Shown piece by piece: positions 19,280 to 28,880 of a stretch of DNA of 64,000 bases (position 1 is the first letter of the stretch; each line of letters opens with the position of its first letter). This DNA is from an uncultured bacterium. Its GTDB lineage: Bacteria > Verrucomicrobiota > Kiritimatiellia > RFP12 > UBA1067. The notes below the pieces were generated by a model. It was not told the DNA's origin. It searched no databases and worked only from the letters and a program-made list of their open reading frames with translations. The stretch spans positions 2,264 to 66,263 of the forward strand of contig CADCGZ010000028.1 in NCBI GenBank assembly GCA_902801025.1, read 5' to 3'. Made by a program: the position numbers and the translations under genes.

Positions 19280-21411
19280 TGGACAAGGCAAACGCAAAGG
19301 CGCGGATTGAGGAACTGAGGGCCCTCATAGAGAAGGCCAACCACGACTATTACGACCTTCACCAGCCGACGGTAGGCGACCGCGACTACGATATGTGGGA
19401 GCAGGAGCTCCTGAAGCTCGAGGCGGATTTCCCCGAGTTTGCCGACGCGTCGTCGCCAGTTCAGAATGTCGCGGGCGGTCTTCTCGAGGGCTTTGCGAAA
19501 GTCAAGCACGACCCGCCGATGCAGTCGCTCGACAAGACACATGCGAAAAGCGAACTTGCCGAGTTCGACGCGTTTGTCAGGAAGACTGTCGAGGGCTTCA
19601 CCTATCTCGTCGAACCGAAGATTGATGGTATCTCGCTTTCGCTTCGCTATTCAGGTGGGCGGCTCGTCCGCGCCGCAACGCGCGGCAACGGTCTTGTAGG
19701 CGATGACATAACTGCGAACGTAAACACGATAAAGACCGTTCCAAAAGTCCTCCCGCCTGATGCGCCGCGCGAGCTTGAAGTGCGTGGCGAGGCGTTCATG
19801 ACGCGTGAGGGCTTTGTCGAGCTTAACGCTCGTCAGGAGGCCGCAGGTCTCGAGACCTTTGCGAACCCGAGGAACGCCTGCGCCGGTTCCTTGAAGCAGC
19901 TCGACTCGCGCGTCACCGCCGAACGTCCTTTGGATGTCGTCATCTACAACGCGGGCGGCGTCGGTTGCGACGGCTTCGCCTCGCACAGCGAGATGATCGC
20001 GGCGTTTGCGAAGTGGGGCTTCCCCGTCGCGCCGTGGTCGAAGTTCTGCAAGACGATAGACGAGGTGTTTGCTGCGATCGACGAACTTCAGACGCTTCGC
20101 CACACCTTCCGATTCGAGATCGACGGCGCGGTCATCAAGATCGACGAGCGCAAGTTCTACGACATCCTCGGCGCGACTGCTCACGGCCCTCGCTGGGCGC
20201 GCGCATACAAGTACGCGCCCGAGCGCGCTGAAACGACCGTCGAGGCGATTACAGTCCAGGTTGGTAGAACTGGCATCCTTACGCCTGTTGCTGAACTGAA
20301 GCCAGTTCCGCTCGCCGGCTCTGTCATCTCCCGCGCCACTTTGCACAACGCCGACCAGATCGCGCGTCAGGACATTCGCATAGGCGACCGCGTCTGGCTC
20401 GTCAAGGCGGGCGATGTAATTCCCGCCATCGAATCTTCTATCCCAGAAAAGCGTACTGGTGCTGAAATCGTTTTCACGATGCCTACTGCTTGTCCCGTCT
20501 GTGGCGGTGCGGTTGCGCGTCTTGAAGGAGAGGTGGCGACGCGCTGCATGAATCCTGCGTGCCCCGCGCAGCTTTGCCGTCGGCTTGAACATTTTGCGAG
20601 TCGCAACGCACTCGACTTGAAAGCGCTCGGCGGCAAGATCGCGGACATCCTTGTTGACAAGGGTGTTGTAAAGGATCCTCTCGATCTTTTCACACTCGAC
20701 TATTCTGAACTCGCAGGTCTCGATGTCGGCGAAAAAGACGCACCTCGCAAGTTTGGCAAGAACGCGCTCAACCTAAAGAATGCCGTTGTCGATGCAAAGG
20801 AGTTGCCACTTGAGAGATGGCTATTTGCCGTCGGCATTCCGCAGGTTGGCGTCACGGTTGCGAAGGATATCGCGGCAGAACACGAGAAGTTCAGCGACCT
20901 CAAGGACAGCCCTGTTCTCAAGAATGTCATCGAGAACGATACGAAGAAGGGCAAGGAGCGCAAGATTCTCGCCATCAAGGTCGAGGCGGCGAAGGCGGTT
21001 CTCTCTTTCTTCGCGAGCGAATACGGAAGTGCGTTTCTTGATCGCATGCTTTCGCTTGGTATCGACCCTCAGCGCGGCGCACGTGCCGCGGTCGCTACGA
21101 CAGGTCCGCTCGTAGGCGCCGGTTGCGTCCTTACAGGGGCGTTAAGCCGTCCCCGCGGCGAATATGCCGCGCTAATCGAGAAGGCGGGCGGCATTGTCCA
21201 AAGCGCTGTCACTTCAAAGACGAAATACCTGATCGCTGGCGCGAACGTCGGCGCAACGAAGACGGAAAAAGCGCGTGCGCTCGGCACAGAGGTGATAGAC
21301 GAAGCGCGGCTTCTCGAACTTCTTGGGGAGACTTCATCTGACAAGGCGGAGCAGCCTGCCGACGAAAAGCCGTCGGCCGCCGCTCCAGTTCAAGGAGATC
21401 TTTTTGGCTAA
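19279..21411 (+). CDS. ligA: NAD-dependent DNA ligase
   Basis: Ia domain, adenylation motif KIDG(V/I)S, OB, Zn finger CPVCG...C..C, HhH and BRCT. Confidence 0.9.
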   Translation: MDKANAKARIEELRALIEKANHDYYDLHQPTVGDRDYDMWEQELLKLEADFPEFADASSPVQNVAGGLLEGFAKVKHDPPMQSLDKTHAKSELAEFDAFVRKTVEGFTYLVEPKIDGISLSLRYSGGRLVRAATRGNGLVGDDITANVNTIKTVPKVLPPDAPRELEVRGEAFMTREGFVELNARQEAAGLETFANPRNACAGSLKQLDSRVTAERPLDVVIYNAGGVGCDGFASHSEMIAAFAKWGFPVAPWSKFCKTIDEVFAAIDELQTLRHTFRFEIDGAVIKIDERKFYDILGATAHGPRWARAYKYAPERAETTVEAITVQVGRTGILTPVAELKPVPLAGSVISRATLHNADQIARQDIRIGDRVWLVKAGDVIPAIESSIPEKRTGAEIVFTMPTACPVCGGAVARLEGEVATRCMNPACPAQLCRRLEHFASRNALDLKALGGKIADILVDKGVVKDPLDLFTLDYSELAGLDVGEKDAPRKFGKNALNLKNAVVDAKELPLERWLFAVGIPQVGVTVAKDIAAEHEKFSDLKDSPVLKNVIENDTKKGKERKILAIKVEAAKAVLSFFASEYGSAFLDRMLSLGIDPQRGARAAVATTGPLVGAGCVLTGALSRPRGEYAALIEKAGGIVQSAVTSKTKYLIAGANVGATKTEKARALGTEVIDEARLLELLGETSSDKAEQPADEKPSAAAPVQGDLFG

Positions 21412-21427
21412 CTATAAACCATGTAGA

Positions 21428-21485
21428 ACATGCAGAACATGAAGAAATCTACACGATCTACACGTTCTACACGGCTAAATAACTG
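21428..21485 (+). repeat. Family B palindromic element between ligA and pyrC
   Basis: accatgtagaacatgcagaacatgaagaaatctacacgatctacacgttctacacgg followed by ctaaataa. Confidence 0.7.
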
Positions 21486-21489
21486 ACCA

Positions 21490-22620
21490 ATGAATAAAAT
21501 ACTGACATTTCCCGGCTTCGTTGACGTCCACGTCCATTTCCGCGACCCTGGCATTCCAGAGGCGGAGACAACGGCGTCTGGCCTTGAGGCGGCGCGGCGC
21601 GGCGGATTTGCCGCGGTCGTCACGATGCCCAACACGACTCCCGCCTGCGACTCGCCGGAGTGGATGGACTATCAGCGCAAGGCCGCGCAATGTGCTGGTG
21701 CTGGGACACTGCTTCTGCCATCGGCCTGCATCACCAAAGGTCGGCTTGGACGCGAAGTCGCCGATCTTGAAGCGCTTGCCGAGGCGGGAGCCGCGTTCTT
21801 CACCGACGACGGCTCGTATGTCGCGGACGACAAGGTGATGGAAGAGGCAATGCGCCGCGCTGCCGCGCTTGGGATGTGCATTTGCGAACACGCGATGGAT
21901 CCGAAGGAAGTCAAGGATGGCGTGATCCGCGACTGCAATCTCGCGAGGACTCATCATTTGCCCATCATTCCCGTCTCTGCCGAGACGATGGCAATTCGCC
22001 GCGATCTTGCGATTTGCCGCGTGACAGGATGCCGTCTTCACATTCAGCACATTTCCACGGCCGAGGGCGTTTCGCTCGTTCGCGACGCGCAGAAAGAAGG
22101 ACTACCTGTTACCGCCGAAGCGACACCTCACCATCTTCTTCTTTCGTGCGAGGAGATCCCGCGCGACGACGCGAACTACAAGATGGCGCCGCCTCTCGGG
22201 AATAACGAAGACCGCGCAGAGCTTCGCCGCGCCGTGAAGGACGGCGTTCTAATGTTTGCGACCGATCACGCGCCGCACCCTGCGGCGAAGAAAGCGCTTG
22301 GCTTTGCCGGGAGCGCGAACGGCATTATCGGACTTGAGGCGGCTATACCGCTTACTTGGGTCACGATGGTCGAGGGCGAGGGAATGTCGCCCGACGCCTG
22401 GGCGCAGGCGTGGTGGAAGATGTCGCGTGGGATTCTCTCGCCTCGTGCGGCCGCTCGTCTCGACGATGCGCGGCAAACTGTGGTCGAGATCGGTGAGCGG
22501 CGCGTCATCGATATAGCGAAGTTTGCCTCGCTCTCGCGCAATTGCCCATACGACGGCTTTGAATCTAACTGCTGGCCAGTCGCCGTTACCCATTGTCCGG
22601 CGCAAGGAATTGTGGTATAA
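21490..22620 (+). CDS. pyrC: Dihydroorotase-like cyclic amidohydrolase
   Basis: PGFVDVHVHFRDPG metal-binding motif; amidohydrolase fold; sits in a pyrimidine gene neighbourhood. Confidence 0.75.
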   Translation: MNKILTFPGFVDVHVHFRDPGIPEAETTASGLEAARRGGFAAVVTMPNTTPACDSPEWMDYQRKAAQCAGAGTLLLPSACITKGRLGREVADLEALAEAGAAFFTDDGSYVADDKVMEEAMRRAAALGMCICEHAMDPKEVKDGVIRDCNLARTHHLPIIPVSAETMAIRRDLAICRVTGCRLHIQHISTAEGVSLVRDAQKEGLPVTAEATPHHLLLSCEEIPRDDANYKMAPPLGNNEDRAELRRAVKDGVLMFATDHAPHPAAKKALGFAGSANGIIGLEAAIPLTWVTMVEGEGMSPDAWAQAWWKMSRGILSPRAAARLDDARQTVVEIGERRVIDIAKFASLSRNCPYDGFESNCWPVAVTHCPAQGIVV

Positions 22621-22621
22621 T
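22613..22621 (+). promoter_or_regulatory. Extended -10 box TGGTATAAT overlapping the pyrC stop codon, 8 nt upstream of the FHA-protein ATG
   Basis: attgtggtataattgctggcATG. Confidence 0.35.
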
Positions 22622-22628
22622 TGCTGGC

Positions 22629-23501
22629 ATGAAAATCAAGTTCATCGCCAACATCAAGGGCATATATCTTGGGTATTCGTTTGAACAGTCCGACGTAGTG
22701 ACCATAGGGCGCGAAATCGGAAACACCATAGCGCCCATAAACGTAGATGGCTTTTCGCGCCACCACGCGCGCATCTTCTTCAAGGACGGAGCATGGTATG
22801 TCGAGGACGTAGGCAGCACAAACGGCACCTACCGCAACCGCGTCAAGGTCGAGGCCCCGACAAAGATCGAGAAGGGTGATTCGATAAGGTGCGGGCTCAT
22901 GGAACTTGCTTCGTTTGACTTCGAGGAGTCGGCATCTCCAGCTCCCGTGACGGCAGTCGAACCGCCGAAACCGGTTGCGCCAGTCGCGCCGACGGAGCCG
23001 CCCAAGCCCGCCACGCCAGTGGAGCCGCCTAAGCCGATTGAGCCAGTCAAGCCCGTGGAACCGGTCAAGCCCGTGGAACCGACCAAGCCAGTTGAGCCGG
23101 TCAAGCCGGTTGCCGAACTCGAGCCGGTCGTTCCACTTGAGCCCGTAGCGCCGCTTGAGCCGATTACTCCGCTTGAACCGATCACTCCTCTCGAGCCGAT
23201 TACGCCTCTCGAGCCGATTACGCCTCTTGAGCCAGTCGAGGAACTCAAGCCGGTTTCGCCCACCAAGACGGCGAAGGTCCCCACGCCAGTTGCGCCAGCG
23301 GCTCCTGCGGCTCTCCGCCGTCCGACTATACCAGGGCTTAAGCCCGGGCTAAAGCCAGGTCTCAAGCTTCCGCAAAAGGGCGGTTCGTTGCCAAGCGGTC
23401 TAAAGCTTCCGCCCAAGGGAGGTGCGTTGCCGAGTGGCCTCAAGCTCCCGCCAAAGCCAGGGTTGAAGCCAGGGCTCAAGGTTCCCGGCAAGGGCGCTTG
23501 A
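22629..23501 (+). CDS. FHA-domain protein with a long Pro/Val/Glu/Lys-rich tandem-repeat tail
   Basis: FHA motifs (GR..N.I....VSR.HA.I...DG.W.V.D.GSTNGT..N); then PxEPxKP and ITPLEP repeats and a GLKPGLKLP tail. Confidence 0.75.
   Translation: MKIKFIANIKGIYLGYSFEQSDVVTIGREIGNTIAPINVDGFSRHHARIFFKDGAWYVEDVGSTNGTYRNRVKVEAPTKIEKGDSIRCGLMELASFDFEESASPAPVTAVEPPKPVAPVAPTEPPKPATPVEPPKPIEPVKPVEPVKPVEPTKPVEPVKPVAELEPVVPLEPVAPLEPITPLEPITPLEPITPLEPITPLEPVEELKPVSPTKTAKVPTPVAPAAPAALRRPTIPGLKPGLKPGLKLPQKGGSLPSGLKLPPKGGALPSGLKLPPKPGLKPGLKVPGKGA
22960..23250 (+). repeat. Coding tandem repeats (9- and 15-nt units: ccgattacgcctctcgagccg etc.) within the FHA-protein gene
   Basis: Visible nucleotide-level tandem periodicity; encodes the EPxKPV / ITPLEP arrays. 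Confidence 0.65.
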
Positions 23502-23533
23502 TTCTTGCGCTACATTTTTCAAGGAGAAAGAAC

Positions 23534-26500
23534 ATGAATTGTAGACTTGTAGGCCTGTCGGCGATTGCCGCCATGACTTCGTTTGCCACATACGCCGAAC
23601 TCGTTTCGCGCGACATCGGCGATCCCGAGATGAACGCATGGGAAGCCGGCACTTGGGTTACATGCGGCGGCGATGTGATTACGCTTGACGAGCGTCCGTC
23701 CGATGCGCCGACGAAGGCCAAGTCGGTGCGCTTTGAGACGCGATACGGCGATCACGTTTTCGGCGGCTGGAACGCTTCGCTCAAGAAGAACGTCCTTCCC
23801 GGGAAGCCGGTGAAATTCACCGGCTGGGCACGGCTTGGCAACGACGATTCGTGGGGCATGGAGTTTGCGTTCGTCGATGCGCACACGAACAACTTCTCCC
23901 TGTCCATACACCCTGTGGGCGATCCGAAGGGCAAGCTCAAGCTTACGCGCAACTGGCAGCAGTTTGAGATGACCTTCCCAGAAACCGTCGGCAAGAACAA
24001 GGAGCCGATTGCGCTTCCCGTCAAGTTCGACTGCGTCAAGCAGAACAACTGGGGCGACCGCAACTCGCCGCCGAAGACGCGCCAGTTCGACATGTACGAC
24101 TTCCGTCTTTGGACGGACATGGAAGGCGTCACCGACAGGCCTTACGAGCTTTCCGTCAGGTATCCCGTCGTGGGCAACACGTTTTATGATGCCGAGGGCG
24201 AACCTGCGGTCATAATCTCCGCCGGCAGCTGGATTGGCGAGGAGAAGACGCTTACCTTCAAGGCGAAGGCCGTATCGGCGGCAGGCGAGGAGAGGAAGAT
24301 CGACATTCCGCCGCTGAAGGTCCTCGACGGCGCGAGCCAGATGGTGAAGCTGCCGTTTGACGAGCCGGGCGCGTACAAGGTCGAGATAGCGGTCGACGGC
24401 TTTCCGAAGCCTTTTGTCGAGAAGTCCCGCTACGTCGTCTGTCTCCATCCGCGGGACCTGACCGACGAGGAAAAGGAGGCGTCGCCCTACGGAATCAACG
24501 TCCACGGCGGCGGCTATGTCGGCTACGAAAAGTTCGCCCGCCTTGGCTTCACCTGGGTGCGCGACTACGCGTTCAACTTCCACTGGATGCGTCGCGCGCG
24601 CGGCGACGGCAAGTACGCCGGCTGGCCGTGGTACCCGAAGATCGTGAAGGCTGCGGAGGATGTCGGGATCAAGACGCTTCCATGTCTCATGGGAGCGGTC
24701 GAGGTCAAGAGAGACGCGACAGGCGACAATGACCCGAGCTTCACTCCCAACAAGGAATGGCGCCGCCAAATGGCGCTCGCCGTGTCGACGTTCGACACGC
24801 TGACTGCGTTCGAGCTCGACAACGAGGTGGACGGACTCATGTTCAAGACTCTTGATGGCTACGGGCGCTACTGCCAGGCGTTCGGCGACATCGTCAAGGC
24901 CGCTCGTCCCGATGCGCGCGCCGTCGCGCCTGGCCTTGCCGGCATCTACGTCGAGCAGTCGCAGAAGCTCGTCGAGAAGGGGTATTTCCGCAACATCGAC
25001 GTGGTGAACGGCCATCGCTACTGCGGCAAGGACGGCCCTGAATACTCCAAGGCGAACCTCAACACCGGCATGAGCGAGGCGAAGCCCGCGTACTTGCGCG
25101 ACGTGTGGCGCCACTGGAAGAAGGCCGCGACATGCGACGGCAAGTTCCGCGAGCTCTGGGTCACCGAATGGGGCTGGGACACTCTCGCGGGCCAGCCCGT
25201 CAGCGAGTGGGAGCAGGCCGCCTACCTCCAGCGCAAGTGGGTGCTCGCGATGGGCAACGGCGTCGAGAAGATGTTCTGGTACTGGTACTACGACGACGAC
25301 ACCGACACTCCCAACTACTTCTTCGCCGGCTGCGGCATTTTCGACCGCAGGCGCAACCCGAAGCCGTCGGCGGCGTCCTTTGCCGCGATGAGGACGTTCA
25401 TCCCGGGGAAATACGAGTATCTTGGCACGGCCAACCTCGGGCCCAACCACATGGTTCAGCTCCTCCGCGCCGAGGGCAAGGTCGTCGCGCTTGCGTACAA
25501 GGTGAGGAAGGACGGCCCGGACCTTGAAATCAAGGACGAGAAGGCCGAGCTCGTCACCGACATGTTCGGCCGCACTCTCAAGCCGACTGGCACCTTCGGC
25601 AAGCGCAAGCTCGACATCGCGCCGACATGGTACGTTGGCCTCGACGAGGACAGCGACTGGCTCAAGCAATGCCCGCTCGACATCGAGAGCGACTTCTATG
25701 TCCGCAACGTCGGCGGCGAACCGGTTCGCGTCGAGGTCGCGCAGCCTGACAAGTTCGAGTACTCCGTCGAGCCGCCGAAGGGATGGACGGTCGAGAAGAA
25801 ACCCTACGGCTTCGACGTGATGGGCCCCGCCGGGCTCAAGCGCGGCAACACCTCTTTCACCGTCACCGGCAAGAACGGCAAGGTCTCGAAGACGATGGCG
25901 ATCGAGGTCGATATCGTTCCGCAGGCCTACGCGAAGTCCAAGGCCGCGAATTTCGACGGCGAGTTCACGATGGATGTCACGAACCAGTCCGCCGAGAATC
26001 AGGACTTCACAGTCAAGGCGGAGCTCCCGGATGGCTGGGCGATCGATCCTGCCGTCATGCAGACTGGCAAGCTCAAGCCAGAGGAGACCAAGACTCTCTC
26101 GTTCAAGCTGGTCAAGTCCGCGCCGGTCGACCCGGCTGCGAAGGGCGCCGCGAATCCGAAGCTCTCCATCGTCAACGCGAAGGGCATGCAGGTCGACTAC
26201 GCGCCTGTCATTCCGCGCACCTGGACGATGCGCAGCGTAGACCTCAAGAAGATCAAGTTCGACGGCGATCTTTCCGACTGGGACGACCGCAACCTCGTCA
26301 ACAGCTTCATGATCGGTCCGAACGGCGACAAGGACCCGACGAAGGTGTATCTCGCGTACTGCCCGGAGGGACTCGTTGCGGCGCTTGACGTCGACGACTC
26401 GCGCTGCTTCACGGCCGACCCCGGCAGCTTCTGGCGCGCTGCCGACTGCCTCGAAATCATGATCACGACTCCCGACGGCGTCAAGTTCAAGCCAGACGAG

Positions 26501-26902
26501 CCGTGGTCACTCTTCGACCACCAGATGTGGTTCTGCCCGATGCTGAAGGACAAGAACGTGTTCTGCGGCTACTGGAGCAACTGCAAGGGGCAGAAGGTCT
26601 ACAAGAAGTCTGGCGAGGATGTAAACGCCAAGTGGACTGGAAACGCATCAAAGAGCGTGCCTGATGGCTCTCGCTCTGGCCTCGTAAAGACGCCGCGCGG
26701 CTATCGCGCCGAGATGTTCATTCCTGCCGAGCAGCTCAAGGGCTGGGACAAGATGAAGCCCGGCGCCACGATAGGCCTTTCGTTCACGCTCGTCGTCGAA
26801 GACCTCAAGAATTCGCAGCACGAACTCTACTGGCCTAACTCCAAGCGTGACAACCTCATGAAGAAGCCGTGGACTTGGGCAAAGGTCAAGCTCGAGAAGT
26901 AA
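23534..26902 (+). CDS. Secreted glycoside hydrolase (GH5-like TIM barrel) with C-terminal Ig-like and CBM9-like domains
   Basis: Signal peptide; putative acid/base FELDNEVD and nucleophile WVTEWGWDT; C-terminal CBM9-like segment. RBS aaggagaaagaacATG. Confidence 0.65.
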   Translation: MNCRLVGLSAIAAMTSFATYAELVSRDIGDPEMNAWEAGTWVTCGGDVITLDERPSDAPTKAKSVRFETRYGDHVFGGWNASLKKNVLPGKPVKFTGWARLGNDDSWGMEFAFVDAHTNNFSLSIHPVGDPKGKLKLTRNWQQFEMTFPETVGKNKEPIALPVKFDCVKQNNWGDRNSPPKTRQFDMYDFRLWTDMEGVTDRPYELSVRYPVVGNTFYDAEGEPAVIISAGSWIGEEKTLTFKAKAVSAAGEERKIDIPPLKVLDGASQMVKLPFDEPGAYKVEIAVDGFPKPFVEKSRYVVCLHPRDLTDEEKEASPYGINVHGGGYVGYEKFARLGFTWVRDYAFNFHWMRRARGDGKYAGWPWYPKIVKAAEDVGIKTLPCLMGAVEVKRDATGDNDPSFTPNKEWRRQMALAVSTFDTLTAFELDNEVDGLMFKTLDGYGRYCQAFGDIVKAARPDARAVAPGLAGIYVEQSQKLVEKGYFRNIDVVNGHRYCGKDGPEYSKANLNTGMSEAKPAYLRDVWRHWKKAATCDGKFRELWVTEWGWDTLAGQPVSEWEQAAYLQRKWVLAMGNGVEKMFWYWYYDDDTDTPNYFFAGCGIFDRRRNPKPSAASFAAMRTFIPGKYEYLGTANLGPNHMVQLLRAEGKVVALAYKVRKDGPDLEIKDEKAELVTDMFGRTLKPTGTFGKRKLDIAPTWYVGLDEDSDWLKQCPLDIESDFYVRNVGGEPVRVEVAQPDKFEYSVEPPKGWTVEKKPYGFDVMGPAGLKRGNTSFTVTGKNGKVSKTMAIEVDIVPQAYAKSKAANFDGEFTMDVTNQSAENQDFTVKAELPDGWAIDPAVMQTGKLKPEETKTLSFKLVKSAPVDPAAKGAANPKLSIVNAKGMQVDYAPVIPRTWTMRSVDLKKIKFDGDLSDWDDRNLVNSFMIGPNGDKDPTKVYLAYCPEGLVAALDVDDSRCFTADPGSFWRAADCLEIMITTPDGVKFKPDEPWSLFDHQMWFCPMLKDKNVFCGYWSNCKGQKVYKKSGEDVNAKWTGNASKSVPDGSRSGLVKTPRGYRAEMFIPAEQLKGWDKMKPGATIGLSFTLVVEDLKNSQHELYWPNSKRDNLMKKPWTWAKVKLEK

Positions 26903-26908
26903 AAAGAC

Positions 26909-28864
26909 ATGCGTAGGGCTCTTCTTGTTTTTTCGGTCGCCGCCGTGGCAGAACTCGCCTTGGCCGGCATTGTTCTCGAAAAACCATCGTCGGTTTCCAG
27001 AACGGATGACGGATGGCGTATCGTCTATGCGCTTGGCGAGCCGGTGAAAGCCGATTTCTTCGCACTGGAGAACAATCCTGCCGGGGCGTGGAAGCTTACG
27101 GTGGACTCGTGGGAGTTCGCGCATGGGGAGGGCCTGTGCAAGAATCTCGTCACGAATCTGCCGAAGGCCGTGTTCGCTTCGCGCTTCCAGTTCGAAGTCA
27201 AAGGCGACGCCGACCCGAAGATGGGAGGCCTTGCGCTCGAGCTCCGGCCGCGCGCAGAAACGGAAATACGCAAGGCGATGGATGGCCGACTGCCGCAGCG
27301 CCTCGAGAAAAGGGCCGATTGCATCTTTGCAGATTTCGGCGGCGAGACGGCAGTGCGCGGCGTCTATGTGCCTGCTGGCTCGAGCGTCGAAGTCTACGGT
27401 TCGTGGTCGCCTTCGCTTGCCGATGGCGGTCTTGGTTCCCCGATTCTCGCCTCGCGCACGGAGAAGGATGGACGCCTTTACGTCGAGTTCCACGATGTCC
27501 AGAGGTTCTGCTACTTCGCCGTGACGGGTGTAGACGCGCCGAAGGATGTCAATTTCGACGTCGTTCCCTACAATTACGCGAAGCACCTGACGAAGGAGAC
27601 GTGGGAGCAGAAGCTTGAGCGCATGAAGTGGTGGACGGATGCGCGATTCGGCATGTTCATCCATTTCGGGCTATACGCCGTTCCCGCGCGTCACGAGTGG
27701 GTGAAGTCGAACGAGCGCATTAGCGACGAGCAGTATCGCGAATACTTTGAGACGTTCAACCCGTCTCGCTTCGACGCGAAGGCGTGGGCGAAGGCCGCGA
27801 AGGAAGCAGGCATGAAGTATGCCGTCCTCACCTCGCGCCACCACGAGGGCTTCTCGCTTTTCGACACGAAGTTCTCAGACTACAAGATCACCAACACACC
27901 GTTCGGCCGCGACTTAGTCCGGGAGTTTGTTGACGCGTTTCGCGCCGAGGGGCTTAAGGTCGGCTTCTACTACTCCCTGCTCGACTGGCATCATCCCGAC
28001 TACACGATAGACAGGATACATCCTCGTCGCAAGAACCCCGAGCAGTTCGGCGCAGGAGGGGAGAACGTCGACTACTCGAAGGAGAACGCTGGCCGCGACA
28101 TGGCGAAGTACCGCCAGTTCATGAAGAACCAGGTGACGGAGCTTCTTACGAACTACGGCAAGATCGACATAATCTGGTTTGACTTCTCCTTCCCCGGGAA
28201 GAACGGCAAGAGTCGCTACGACTGGGATTCAGAAGGGCTCCTCCGTCTCGCGAAGAAGCTTCAGCCGGAAATCATCATCGACAACCGCCTCGACCTCACG
28301 GACTGGGAGGACGGCTGGGATTTCGCGACGCCCGAGCAGAGCAGGCCCGCTGGATGTGTCGAAGTGCATGGCAAAAAGGTTCCGTGGGAGACATGCCAGA
28401 CCTTCTCCGGCAGCTGGGGCTATGCGCGAGACGAGTCGAGCTGGAAGAGCGCCTACCAGTGCATCGAGCAGCTGATCGACGCCGTTTCCAAGGGCGGCAA
28501 CGTCATCATGAACGTCGGGCCGATGGCGACGGGCGAGTTCGACTACCGCGCTCTCGAGCGTCTTGCGGACTACGGCAAGTGGCTTAGAGTCAACGGCGAG
28601 TCCATCTACGGGTGCGGTCCCGCGCCCGAGGAATTCAAGCCGCTTCCCGGTACGACCCTGACCTACAACCCCAAGACGAACCGCCTCTACATGCACATGC
28701 TCTCCTGGAGGTTTGGTGCGTTCCAGGTTCCGTTTGGAGAGCGCGTGAAGTGCTGCCGGCTTCTTAACGACGGAAGCGAACTCAGGTTCCGCTGGAACAC
28801 TCTTCATCTTCCCGTCGAGAAACCGCCGGTGGAGATACCGGTCGTGGAATTCATCTTAAAATAG
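26909..28864 (+). CDS. Alpha-L-fucosidase (GH29) with an N-terminal accessory domain
   Basis: GH29 core (WWTDARFGMFIHFGLYAV...LTSRHHEGFSLFDT...DWHHPDY); signal peptide. Confidence 0.8.
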   Translation: MRRALLVFSVAAVAELALAGIVLEKPSSVSRTDDGWRIVYALGEPVKADFFALENNPAGAWKLTVDSWEFAHGEGLCKNLVTNLPKAVFASRFQFEVKGDADPKMGGLALELRPRAETEIRKAMDGRLPQRLEKRADCIFADFGGETAVRGVYVPAGSSVEVYGSWSPSLADGGLGSPILASRTEKDGRLYVEFHDVQRFCYFAVTGVDAPKDVNFDVVPYNYAKHLTKETWEQKLERMKWWTDARFGMFIHFGLYAVPARHEWVKSNERISDEQYREYFETFNPSRFDAKAWAKAAKEAGMKYAVLTSRHHEGFSLFDTKFSDYKITNTPFGRDLVREFVDAFRAEGLKVGFYYSLLDWHHPDYTIDRIHPRRKNPEQFGAGGENVDYSKENAGRDMAKYRQFMKNQVTELLTNYGKIDIIWFDFSFPGKNGKSRYDWDSEGLLRLAKKLQPEIIIDNRLDLTDWEDGWDFATPEQSRPAGCVEVHGKKVPWETCQTFSGSWGYARDESSWKSAYQCIEQLIDAVSKGGNVIMNVGPMATGEFDYRALERLADYGKWLRVNGESIYGCGPAPEEFKPLPGTTLTYNPKTNRLYMHMLSWRFGAFQVPFGERVKCCRLLNDGSELRFRWNTLHLPVEKPPVEIPVVEFILK

Positions 28865-28880
28865 ACAAGGAGGAAACAAA

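Noticed and set aside
22829-23491. 220-aa Gly/Ser-rich minus-strand ORF
   Set aside because: It is the reverse complement of the Pro-rich tandem-repeat region of the FHA protein gene; repeats keep both strands open.
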